A DNA stretch of 63,981 nucleotides, the filler included, from Lenisia limosa (lineage: Eukaryota; Protista; Breviatea), in assembly GCA_001655205.1 (NCBI GenBank). It is 14 parts of 14 records of this genome, joined end to end, with 100 filler letters (N's around TTAATTAATTAA, not from the genome) between each part and the next. Parts side by side here need not be neighbours in the genome. Positions count along the whole stretch, not along the records: positions 1 to 17,994 come from LPNZ01011331.1; 13 more parts are not named here. One strand, given 5' to 3'. The notes below the pieces were generated by a model that searched no databases, was not told the origin of the DNA, and worked only from the letters and a program-made list of their open reading frames with translations. Shown one piece after another: positions 1-12,100 of the stretch. The translations under genes and the position numbers were made by a program. How positions within the stretch are numbered: position 1 is the first letter of the stretch; each line of letters begins with the position of its first letter.

Positions 1-3000
1 AATACCCTCTCCCACTCCAGCACTAAATGGCAACTGTCCAGCGATGAGGGTGAAGAGAATAACACCGCATGACCAAATATCCACTGCGACTGTGTAGCCT
101 TCAGGGCCCTTAGTCATAACTTCCTAATATGGTTACGAAAACATTCCATTTTGGGAAATGACCCAATCTTTGAAGAAGCGAAATCCACTTACAGGAGCAA
201 CGTAGTTGGGTGTGCCACACACCGTGCTGATGTGGTAAATAAATGTAACAAAGAATATACTTTTTTTTGGTTGAAACCCACGAAATTAGTATTGGTTGAC
301 AGAAGTAATCCAAAACACTCACCTCATTCTCTTTTGGTCATTGACCAGGCGTGCCAAACCGAAGTCGCCCACTTTAATGTCTGTGTTGCTTTCAGCTGTG
401 GAGAGGAGAATGTTTTCAGGCTGGAGGGGGGGGGGGGGNNNNNNNNNNNNNNNNNNNNNNNNNNNNNNNNNNNNNNNNNNNNNNNNNNNNNNNNNNNNNN
501 NNNNNNNNNNNNNNNNNNNNNNNNNNNNNNNNNNNNNNNNNNNNNNNNNNNNNNNNNNNNNNNNNNNNCAATATTCAAAATAAGTAGAAATGAGCATTAA
601 ATGCATATTTTTACATTAGCCATGATGAAGAAATAGTCCAAAGACACTCACTTTCAGGTCCCTATGTGCATAGTCGTGCTTGTGGATGAAATGGATTGCT
701 GACATAAGCTGCGTAGTTAGGTTCAGAAAATATGTAGCAAGTGAGAACAATAGTGATAGTTTACATTCCATATCCAACAACAGTGTATGATATGATATTA
801 TATTTGTTTTTTCCCTTTAACCCCCCACCCCCCCACTCCTCGCATGACCAATTTGGCGTCACCCTCAGAATAGCGTGGCGGATTTCCGTTAACAATTCGA
901 TCAAAAAGATCGCCTCCATGAACCTGGGAGATAAACGTGAAATCGCGGAATCACTAGTTCTGTTGCTAACTTTCAGTTAGTACCCTCATTTGGAAAAACA
1001 AAGAAAATACAATAACTTGTACATTAAATCACACTTAATTTTCATGGATTTGACCCCCCCCCNNNNNNNNNNNNNNNNNNNNNNNNNNNNNNNNNNNNNN
1101 NNNNNNNNNNNNNNNNNNNNNNNNNNNNNNNNNNNNNNNNNNNNNATGCCGACAATGTTGGGGTGCTGCAACTTCTGCAGAATGCGGACCTTTTCGGTGA
1201 GGAACAAATGCTGCTATTACCCCTATTTTCACCTGGTACCACTATCAATAAGGTTATTAAGACATGCTACGAAATAAGAAAACAAATGATTCATCAGCCC
1301 ATCCGTCAACTCCATCACGTACAAATATTACGTGGACGGCTTCGGCTCATTTTTTTTATTGCATTGCAATATACTATGTATGTAGTAGTATATCATATTA
1401 GTGGTAGTGGATTAAATCAACGATCAAGACAGCACACCTCATCCATGAGTTGATCTTCTCGAAGGTTACTCTCCTTCAGCTTCGACTTATCAACTTCCTA
1501 AAGAAGCGGTGAATAAGAGAGTGCAATACAACATACAAGGTATTAACGAATTACCTTAACAGCGAAATATTCGCCGGTCTTCTTGCAGCAGCATCGGAAC
1601 ACTGTCGCAAAGTGCCCGTCTCCAAGTTTCTGATGAGTAAGCATTATAGTTCTTAGGGTGCTATCCAATAAGTGTCTACCCCACCTCCAATTTGTAGTAT
1701 CCTGAGAAGAATCCTGAGTCGTCTTCTTCAGGTGCATCGACAATGTTGAGCAAAAAGGCGACAAAGGCTAGTGAAGAATGTAAATTTAGTGTTGCTTTGC
1801 AGGGAAAATGTGCATCAAAAGTTACATACATATATCATGACATAGTATATGTAAACACCAGCAATGAAGAAATACACAGCTTGGAAACCAACGTGTAGTG
1901 GGGTTGGCCTTGAGTGCGGACTTTGCAGTAACAGAATTAGCAACAGCCAAGGAAATCTCATCACCGGGCTTAACCACCTAGGAGGAGAGGGGTAAAGGGC
2001 CGTATCTCACAATTCCTCAATCTCATCAGAAAAGCAATAACTTATTGTCGTCATCTCAATCATTTAAAGATTGAGCTCACTTGCAGCCCCCGACCTAAAT
2101 AGCTGGAAGTTGGCGATATAAAAAATGAATTCGAACCCTTTTTACCTTAATCTGTCCCTTTCCAATCTTTTTGCCATTGACAAAGGTGCCATTCATACTA
2201 AGGGGGTGTCAGGAAAAGAACAATGGATGCAATGACCCCACCATAACATGAAATGTTAAGGCATCAAAATCGTTAAAACAAGAGACGAAGAACAAGGCCA
2301 ATACAGATTCACGAAACTTCAAGGCCACCAACCTGGTATCTTTGACGTAGTAGACCTCTTCGTTGTTCACCGTTTCTCGGTACAAGCACATATGCTTTCC
2401 GGAGATCTGAAGAGTGAATACATCTCGGAGGAATTTGACTCAAAAAAAAAAGTGTTTTACCCCCCCCCCCAAATTACAGTTCTAAATGAATCCCACGATA
2501 TTTATTTTTAATCAAACCTGTTGAAAGGGGTACGCAAAGAGATTGCCCTCAGCTACACGCCCTAAAGTCACGCTATCCTAGGAGAGGGGGGGGGGGTAAG
2601 TTGAAAGGGAGGAAGGTGAAGGGGTACAAAGCAACGGAATAAAGGCCTAGCCACACAGCACATATTTTTGTGGGGTCTCACCTCTTCAATATCAAGGTTA
2701 GGGAACTGGGGGTTAAGCGAAACCAGGTGACCCCAAGCTTTCGAGGTGCTGTGGTCTTCAAACTAGAGGGGATAAATAAATCTCTTTCAAATTTGCCAGC
2801 TATTTCGCCATATGTTATCAAGAAATATGGCAATATTCATGAAATGTGCCAGTTGATAAGGGTTTTGTGGGAGATTAATTGGAGGGAGGAGAAGCAGGTG
2901 AAGGGGAATGGCCATCTCAAATTTTCCAGCAGATGAAATAGTATTACAAGCATACATCCAGAGGGTCATCCATGATGAGAGTGCCTAAGGCCTGCGTTTG

Positions 3001-3015
3001 GGTTGGGTCTCCCAT
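1..3015 (-). CDS. CHK2: FHA-domain Ser/Thr kinase, CHK2/Rad53/Mek1-like (multi-exon, 3' end runs off window)
   Basis: Spliced exons read MGDPTQTQ..., AWGHLVSLNPQ, VTLGRVAEGN..ISGKH..YVKDTSMNGTFVNGK..VKPGDEISL (FHA), then KLGDGHFATVFRC..YFAVKV, ILQKLQHPNIV, GGDLFDRIV, IHFIHKHDYAHRDLKPENILL..IKVGDFGLAR..TVCGTPNYVAPE..VDIWSCGVILF (CAMK-group kinase). GT-AG junctions are consistent. Orthology among CHK2/Mek1/Dun1 is inferred. Confidence 0.85.
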
Positions 3016-3275
3016 TTTCGTGGACTTTCGACTGCAGCTCCTTCTTTATCTGGATACACTAAACTTACAAATATACAGGATATTAAAGTGAAAGAGAGTT
3101 TTTTGCTTTTTGTTCTTTTTGCATAAAGGACAAATCAAAAGTAATCCAATATTCTTGCGAATTTTCTTTGAAAAGAACTCAGACTCCTCAACAAATCACG
3201 CACGGGTGCGCACGAGGAATAATTTTTAGTGATAATTTCAGAGATACTCGACAACAGAGAAGTTTTTCGGTTTTT

Positions 3276-5020
3276 ATGATGAGGGGAGCTACAGTCCTCC
3301 TCTTGCTCTCATTGAGCTTAGCAGCATATTGTGGCTCAGTTGAGCAGAAACTTGAAGATTGTTCAACAAGAGAGGTTTTTGACTCACAAAGCAAGTCTAT
3401 CTCATACCATTTCGTGAAGTGTTACTACGTCAATCGCTTTGACGGATCAATTTCTCTCTTCTTCCAAGAAGCTTATGAATGGGTTAAGGTTGTCATGGAT
3501 GTCTCCTTTCTTTGTGGCAACACTGTTTTTTTTGTTTACACCTTTATTGCATTTTCATCAAATTGTCAATACACGTCTTCACGTTCTTATTGTTCCAGCC
3601 CTCCAGCATTCTCCGTTCCCTCTTTGCCATATGCTTCATTTTTTGTCTTTTCTCCGTCAGCCACAAGGATACTTGGTCAAGGTTTGAGAGCCGCGGAAAA
3701 GGATTAACGCCCCCTTGCACTATAGACCAAATGGGCTTTCATGAATCACATATCATATGCATTGGTTTTCAGCGTGAGAATCTAAAAGTTAAAGATCATG
3801 GGGAGGGGGGGGGGGGTAAAAAAAAAAAANNNNNNNNNNNNNNNNNNNNNNNNNNNNNNNNNNNNNNNNNNNNNNNNNNNNNNNNNNNNNNNNNNNNNNN
3901 NNNNNNNNNNNTTATATTTTCACCCCTGCAGTTTGCAGTCCATCCGCATCCAGCTGATTCTTCTCATCTTCCGAGCCGCCTTTGTGGTGAGTCTTGCGTC
4001 ATGGCTCCGGGCCGTCGTCAAACATAACTCTCCATGCGAGTGCAGTGAAAACAGCTGTGAGTCGTGTCAATTTGTTTTTGATTTTGGGCCTGTCTATAGT
4101 CACAAAACACTCTGAATTTCTTGTTAAATTTCCGATAAATATCGATATTATCCTATTCTTTTTCGAACTGTCACCATTTTATTGCCTAACTGGTGGTTGC
4201 AATGACGTTTTAGGGATCCAGGGGCGTGTAGTTGAGCTTGGCTCTCATTATGGCCTTCCGTCACTGTCGACATGTAGGTTCTTGGATATTGAGAGAAAAG
4301 TTGCCTATTCCATTGAGCGATAACTGAGTACCCCTTATGTTTGCTTTATTTTATGGTACCTCACTCTTTAGCTTGCCTAGCAGTTTTTGCGTTTTGTCTG
4401 TTCGACATTCAGAACTTCAGCTATGCAATGATGTCAAGAGCTTTTGCGACTTTTATTATTCTCTTCTCCAACGCTATTGTCGTTTTTTCAGGTGGGAATG
4501 GTTAATAAGGTTGTATCACGTGGGACAGCCTTCCCCCAGAGTTCGTTGTTGAATTTGTTGAATTTTCTCACACTTTAGGATTTGGTTCTCCCGCCCAGGC
4601 TTTATCAGGTTGGGGGATTGGACAAACAGGCTTGTCAAAATGGAATGTCAGATTGATTCTGATTCATATAAGTTCAATTTATGATTGTTAATTTCCATCA
4701 TCCTATGGCATAGCGCTGTTTGAGATAATGTTAGCTTTTAAAAAACATGGGGATGGATTTCATTGCTCCAGGCAGTATTGTTGGGCTTTTTGGACATTTT
4801 CTTCTGACAAGAATAACGGTAAGCTCTCTCATAAAAGTAAAAGAAAGCGTAACATTGGGGGAGTGCTGTAAACGACCTCACACTCCTTGTCAGGTGTCAA
4901 AATGGCTGCTTGTCTCAATGTTGAACCTTGTATGTACTTGCCTAGCTGCCCTTTTCCTCAAAGTAGGTCTTTATGACTCTGGCATTCCATTACCACCGAT
5001 ACCTTATGACACATTTATGA
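3276..5020 (+). CDS. Uncharacterised protein with N-terminal signal peptide and several hydrophobic (TM-like) exons
   Basis: MMRGATVLLLLSLSLAAYCG signal-like start; later exons LQSIRIQLILLIFRAAFV, CLAVFAFCLFDIQNFSYAMMSRAFATFIILFSNAIVVFS, VSKWLLVSMLNL, VFMTLAFHYHRYLMTHL* joined by GT-AG introns. Exon frames are partly ambiguous. Confidence 0.5.
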
Positions 5021-5160
5021 CATTGAATATCAAAAGCTGATTGGAATGATACTGTTGCATGTATTATTCTAATGGTCAGAATAGAATGTGTCTTAGAGGT
5101 AAATGTTAATATTGATTATCATTTTAAGCAGATCCTTCAATTATTCTTTTAAATTTAAAT

Positions 5161-6799
5161 ATGCAGTGGAGGGATGGGGACTCGTTTGATGCCAGACCCC
5201 TCTTCTATGACGCACTCCATTACTTTGTTTGGCAGGTTTGTGCTGCGGGGATGGGGGCATTAAGCATGCCAGAAGATAGCTTCGCAATTGACCTCACCCC
5301 CCCCCCGCAGATTGTGGCACTCTTGTCTCTCTTCGTATACCGCAGCAGTTTTGTGTGGAACGTTGCGACAAAGGTGTCACATAAGATCAACCAAGTTTGC
5401 AGGGCTAGTCGGGTCTTAAATCTGGGGGGAGAGGGCTTCACGCTGTTTTATTCATTTTTGAAAAGTCGTAACAAACATCTATACTTTGTCTTGGGGCTAT
5501 TATAGCCCCAAACACAGGAAATCTCTTGTCATCTGCCCAGGTTGATTTTGACTACTTCAACGGAGTGGCGCTGTCGCCAATGAATCTTGGCGCTACGGAG
5601 CCTTTAATGAGCGGTTGGTCTTGGAACAGACAAATAACTTCTAATGCCGTTGCACCCTTGGTATATTCACCATTCATAGGAACGTCAGGGTACAGTAGTG
5701 AAGACTCAAGTATTGCTCGCTCAATGAAGGTTTTGGGACCGAATACAGACATCTATTTATTTTACGCCATGATCATGCAGCACCTCTTGGTTTCACCCAC
5801 CAGGGCCAGATTTATCTGATGTTCTTCCTCTTCTTCCTGTCCTCAGTTGCGTTCACCGCCATTTCAATTGGCCAATACCACATCAACGACTGGATCCATT
5901 AAACTGTGTCCATCGCTGTCTTTCTTGATTTATCGATTTATCTATCTCTGTTCTAATGTTGCTTGATTTCTATCTTTGTCTTGGCCCACACTCGGGTGGG
6001 ACGGGGACGGTGTCTCATTCTGTGTCTTCTGGTCCTTCTTGGGAGGAGGTCTGTTGATCTGTTGATCTGTTGATGGGTTGATGGAGGTGCATGTGGTGTG
6101 GGGATGTGTGTGTGTGTGGCTTTTGGGGGAGAGGGGAGGGTTCAGTATTATGGGTTTGAAAAAAACAAAAAAAAAATATCCGAGCCAAAATCTTTCCTCA
6201 TACCAACTTTTCAACTTGCCTTCTCCCTCCACAAATTGAAGAAAAAAACGTGAGGAGGAGAGGAAGAACCTAGCCTTTTCGGTCCCCACCTCCTCGGTAC
6301 CTGCTCAGATCCGGTCCTTTTGCTGCATACTATCCATCCAGCTATCATCTCTCTGTGGCGCATCTTCTTTTGTATGTTAAGAATAAATCCAACAATGACA
6401 AAGCTGGTGCTTTTTTTCCTTCTCCATCTTCTGATACGGTATGTGGTATGTGTTATTCCTGGATGTGTGTACCAATCACATTGTCCCGCCTCGCTGACAT
6501 TTAGGGTTGCCTCGGCGGGCTTATCCTTGGGAATCAACTCAGAAGTGGCTGTTTCTGTAGAGCCGCCTGCTGGGCTATGCTGTCCCACTCCGAAGCCTTT
6601 ATGACGGTGAGGGTTCATTCATCTTTTCCCTCCGCTTTCGTTTTTACTTTTTTTTAGAAACCACTCTCCTGTCCTCTTTTGGCCTCCGTTTACTTTTCAA
6701 AAGGTATACAGAGAAGGATGAATTGATTTATCCCCCTGGTGATATTTCCAATAATTGCATTCAGAGGCCAATGTGTTCAATGTTCTTCGATACCCTCAG
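5161..6799 (+). CDS. Uncharacterised multi-exon coding region; may be continuous with the neighbouring + strand genes
   Basis: Exons MQWRDGDSFDARPLFYDALHYFVWQ|IVALLSLFVYRSSFVWNVATK|VDFDYFNGVALSP... with canonical + strand introns (e.g. 6607-6657 with pyrimidine tract). Full frame not resolved. Confidence 0.3.
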
Positions 6800-7190
6800 G
6801 TGGGGGGGGGGGATTTTCCAGTGGTGTTTTGCTAACTTAAAACTGCTTTCATTTTTATTTTCCAGGGGTGGTGGTAGGGGGGAATATGGATATATCCCAA
6901 AAAAATGAAGAAAATAACTGATAGGAGGTTATAAGAAGCAATAGTGGGGGCTTAGTTTTACAAAAGTTGAATTGTCTCTTTTTCTTTGAACTCTGAGAGG
7001 AGCTTTAATGTATTAATAGTTCTGAAGATGAAGTAATAAAGGGAGGTATCTGGGCAAATGTTGGTTATTTTGTTGTTATTATCATCAAGTTATTGCAGAA
7101 GTGATGTTAAGGAAGGATTCAGCCCATCACTGTTTTTTTTAGTTCTGAATACCACATAGGATATGATGAGTAATAAGAGTAACTCTTCAG

Positions 7191-8744
7191 GCTGTATCAG
7201 CCTCGGAAATCTCATCCGAAACAGTGTCCTTCACCACTGGAAGTGCCACGCTTCCATTCTCGTTCTCCCGTGTTGGCATGATGAACGTGCAGGTGAAGGA
7301 CTAATTGTCAATTTCCCGTAGAATGTAAAAGTAATATACAAAGCACCTTTATTTATTATTGACTTGACAGGCGTGTTTGACATCCCCTCGTGTTGTTTGT
7401 GGTCCATGGTTTCTCATTAATACACCGGTACGTAGCATGTCATATTGCTCATATATTTGGAGTTATTTTCAACAATAGGGCATATCATATAACATTTCAT
7501 TTTTCTACATATTGTTAATTTCTTATCGGCTGCAGGCTCAAGGATCATATTTCTCAATACTCTCTTATGAAAACAATGGTATGCGCGCTTGTTGGGTCTT
7601 CATAGTTTGTTGACTGTCGTACCACTAGAGCTAGCTTAATTGCTCAGGAGGAATCATGATGTCTGAACGGTTCAGTGCTGATGAGCCGCCTTGGTCTTTT
7701 GAGGTAAATTCCCTGTGCCATAACAGAAGATGTGTTGTTTTGTTTTGATATTATAGGGTTGGTTCTTCTCAGGTTCCGACGGCTATGAAATATCCCACCC
7801 TGTTGCATTGGCATCAGCTACTGATTCCTACTACTTTGTGTTCCAGATCTATAAGGTAACCAGAGAAATATATCCGGTTGACATACTGGACCTTTTACAT
7901 CAGGGAATTACAATAAAGTAATAAAGTGTGCTATATTAGCATATTTTATTTAATTTAAGTCTTCAGTCTTCCAACACCATCACGTCTTATTTCCGAAAAA
8001 CTCCAGATCCACGAACTATCATCACTCCTCTTAACCTTGGTGAGTTACCACGTTTATTGTCGTTATAAAGCCCCACTCCATTCTGAATTTTGATACTCTG
8101 AGCTGGTTGTTTTGTTCAAATCTGACCGTTCAGTTGAGGATACTTGGCATCACTTTGCTGTGACCCTCACCCGGAGTGGCGTTGTGGGTGGTATCTTCTT
8201 CGTTTTTGCTGGTTTTCTTTTGATAAGCACGTCTAACAATACAGTATGAGATCTTCATTGATGCAGTGAAGATTGAAAGCAGTACTATCTCCACATTCCC
8301 CATTCCAGGAGTCTGTTCAGATTGCGTGAGCCTTACCACTGATTAAGCTGTTCTACTTCCCCATTGGGTGACATTACAGGTGATGTTTTCTGGTGACCAT
8401 TCGTTCACGACGATTGTCGGTGACGCTTGGCCGACATCTATGGCTAGTCACGGTCTCAGAGGCTCCGACAAGTTTGCCTACGTTTGGGGGACAAGCATTA
8501 ACGTGGACGGCTTAACTGATTCTGCAGGCACGAATGTATCAACGCGTTCTCAGCGAATGTGAAATCGTTGATACATCAGCACAGCAACCGTACAAGGTAT
8601 CCGAACATTATGGCCTTTTGATCGTTCTTATGCACCTATTTTGTGAGGACTAACTTTCAGGTGTCGCCATTCAACATAGATGCCGAGCTTACCACGGAAA
8701 ATGCCAAAATAGCGGACTGCACTGTGGAGGAAAACAGCTTTTAA
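7191..8744 (+). CDS. Protein with a LamG/concanavalin-A-like domain (5' end uncertain)
   Basis: Exons give ...YFVFQIYK|SSNTITSYFRK..|VEDTWHHFAVTLTRSG|RLTIQYEIFIDAVKIES.., matching the 'WHHxAVT...LYIDG' pattern of LamG_3; terminal exon VSPFNIDAE...ENSF* ends 8744. Confidence 0.5.
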
Positions 8745-9136
8745 TTAGGGATCTTTTGCAATCAGTGTTTCAGACTTCTTATCTGAATAAATTTATGCAG
8801 AGAGGGTATATATTCTACTTTTGTACTTTTGAAAATATATACTTGATATACTCCTAGGCACACACCAACAACACCTACAACTCGGACCCCCGGGTAATTT
8901 TTTGTCGAAAAAGTTCCCTGTTCGCCGGCGGATCTAATTCCGATTTCACTTCTTTTATAGATGGGACCCGGCGGCGGATCAGGAAAGAAAAGGAGGATGG
9001 GAAGGATTAAGACAGGATTAAGATTTCACCAATTGTTGCTGCGTTTTAATTATTATTAGCTTAATTAGGTGCCCTCTAGAAGAGGTGCGAAAGCGATTCT
9101 GTTTTAGGTGGCGGTTCTCAGACTGTCTGAGGCAAA

Positions 9137-12100
9137 ATGACAGCTCCATCACAGGTGGAGGATCAGACGGCTAAGATTGTGAACCATTTTGCAGAGCTAA
9201 ATTCATCTAACTTGAGGAATAACTATGGTAACTCCCCTCTCTATAGCTTTTCATGTTTCTCTAGAAATTGCAACATGTGTTCCAGCGTTCATTACATACT
9301 TTGGCAAGGCTGAGGTTGGGTTTTTGGTCATCTCTCTGCTCGCTGCTCTTCACACACACACTTATCTTTTTTTTGAATTTTGTTCCCTTTTCTTTCTTTT
9401 CTTGAGTGTAGAAATTGTTAATTTCAACTAAATTTTTCCTGGAATAGCGTGTACTGTTCTTGGTGGTTCTCTCTCGCAATTCCTTGATTTATTTCTCATC
9501 TCTACATTTTTCTTATTATCTCCCATCACTCCGATTTATGAGTTGCCTTCACTCGCTAGAACCATTCTATCGGGCTTCGTATCTTTGATGTTATATACAA
9601 CCTCGTAGAGACACAGAAAAGGTACGTCATTAGGTTTTTTATATTTGGGTACACGTCTACGTGCTCACCACTTGCTTCTATATGTAGTGTCGTTTTGCCC
9701 TGAATAACCGTTGGATCAACGGAAGTTTTAGTTAAAGATAGCGATCATTTCTACAGAGAGGACCTTCAGTACATTGAGGCAGCTCTGGTTACTGCCATGC
9801 TCGTGAACCTCCCAAACGAAACGGGCTTCCTACCCATGATGGACAATTTCAGCATGCTGGACTATGATCGTACCACTTGCGGTAACCAGTTTGTCATCTT
9901 CAAAAACGTGTTGGTTGCCTCCAACCTCAATGTGGGCAAGGGGTTGTTTCTGTGCCTTTTTTTTAGGATATTCTAACGATTCTGTTGACCAGTTTAGTGC
10001 CCATACAAAGACTTCTCATTTCTCAATCTCCAGTGCACTGAGGACTTTGATCCAGACGAGGTGGGGGTGGGCATGTATTCAAGGATTAATTATTTCTTGA
10101 ATTTTGCCCAATTTTTTTTTTGTTTCACTTCATACTCTTACCAGCTTCACTGACTTTTCCTCCCTCCCCCAACTTTACTTATTGGCGTTTAGGAGGCGCC
10201 GTTGCCATTGGCCGTGATGGCGGCACTCTATGTCCACTTGGATCGGGCGTTCAGCTCAAATTTCATGGTCTGCCCGTGTCTTCATTGGGAGGGGCGGTAC
10301 TTATTTTTTTTTTTAAAAAATATAGTCTGTTCATAATAATTGTTATTTAAAAAATGTTTTGATGATTTAACTAAGTCGCACCTCGAGGAGGCACTTAAGA
10401 TTTAATGATAGTTATGTTTTAAAATTTAGTTTTTTCACAATTTTCAAGCATTATCTTGAAATTCATTGATGTTACTTTTACCTCTTCCCATGCTTCCTTT
10501 GGACTCTATTTATAGCCATGTTGACAATTCACTTTGGATACAGGAGTACGCCTGCACACTCCTTGAAGAAATTGAGGAAGCGATTGTGGAGCAATCGGAG
10601 ATCAAGAAGGTGCGTATTTGGAACAGCAGAGAAACCAGAAATCGTAGCAATAGGGAAATAAAGCGGGCCATCTGATTCACTACCAGCATTGGTTTGATCA
10701 TTGTAGGCGGCTATTCAAGAGAGAAAAGACTATTTAGAGAAGTACAAAGAGGAGGTCAAAGCAGCAGCTGAGGCAAAAGGCCAGATTATTGCCAGAGCTA
10801 AGGTTGGCATTTTTTTGGATTTTTGTATTTTTGCATCTAGTGTTTCCGAGGTGTTACCATACGTCGAATGACATGTTCTGATTTACAGATGCCTGATATG
10901 AAACCGCACTACACCGCTCCTTGCATCAAACAGTTCATTGAAAAGGCTACTGCTATTCCTGTGGTATGAGCTCCTAAGATGGCCACTTATATTGTTTTAT
11001 AACGTTTTACTCTATTCCAGCTTTGCGATTGGTATGGCAAAAACATCAGGTCAAGTTGCACTGATCAAATTACACTGAAAGTTGAAAACTGCTTAGGTTG
11101 CCTTGTAAACGTATGAGGGGAGGTGTCATGATGAATGAGTATAGAAAGTTGTGTGCAGAGTTTTAAGGCAAATGATTGGGGTTTTTTTTAAAAATATTGA
11201 ACTATAATCCAATATCTCTTAAAAGCATGGTGATGTAGCCGGCTTTGAACAGGTACTCTCTTGGTTTATTTCTCATTTGTTCGCATTGACTTGGTAGATC
11301 TACAGCCCCAAAGATGCTGCCCGGGTGGCCGGGCACTTGACATCGTTTGGTCGATGCATGCGGATAGATGATGAGGAGCAACGCCTTGTCGGCGTGTTCA
11401 TGGAGGTGGGCGTTGTTGGATAATAATAATAAACGTGTTCATGGAGGTGGGCGTTGTTGGAATGTGATACAGGCAGCGGGATTGTTGTTGAAGCTGATTA
11501 TTTCAGGAAGTACTCAAGGAAGAGAATACGAACGCATTGGATATTAGCAGGCGAAGAGAGGCTTTTGAGTTTCCTCTCAGGTACTTCAAGAAGAAAAGTA
11601 TGATATTCAACTTAGGCATCATAGGTTGAGCTTCTCATATACTACTGCATAAATATATTAGAGTTGTATGCTGCATCAATTCAAACATCGCATAATATAA
11701 AAAATGAGGCGGTTGATCCATTGATTAACACATTTAACAGGTTTTGAGGTGCCCTACGCCTACCCGATCTACAAATCTGAGTAAGCAATGTGGTCATAAC
11801 ATGTGTGAATCAAGTGGATATATATATGTACCTACGTTTTCATGTTATCCATATGACTTCTTGATTTTCTTGAGAGTTAATATTTACATATTTTCCCGGG
11901 GCTTTTCTCACTGTCAAGGCAAGATTGGGCTATGTCCGTTGCTGCAACAAACATCGTATCTCGAATATTTGCTCCACAGAATACCACTGTAGGCGTTTGG
12001 ATGACTAATGCTGCGGAATGTGGACTTACTACTTATACTTTTGCCAACTCTTATGCAGTCTTGGTGTTTTTGGTTCTCATTTTTATCATCCTGGCAGACC

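Noticed and set aside
4967-5060. Frame reading SL*LWHSITTDTL*HIYDIEYQKLIG suggested TGA=Trp recoding
   Set aside because: Another frame gives a phase-consistent hydrophobic terminal exon ending in TGA, and conserved Trp positions in the kinase, cathepsin B and DDX5 use TGG.
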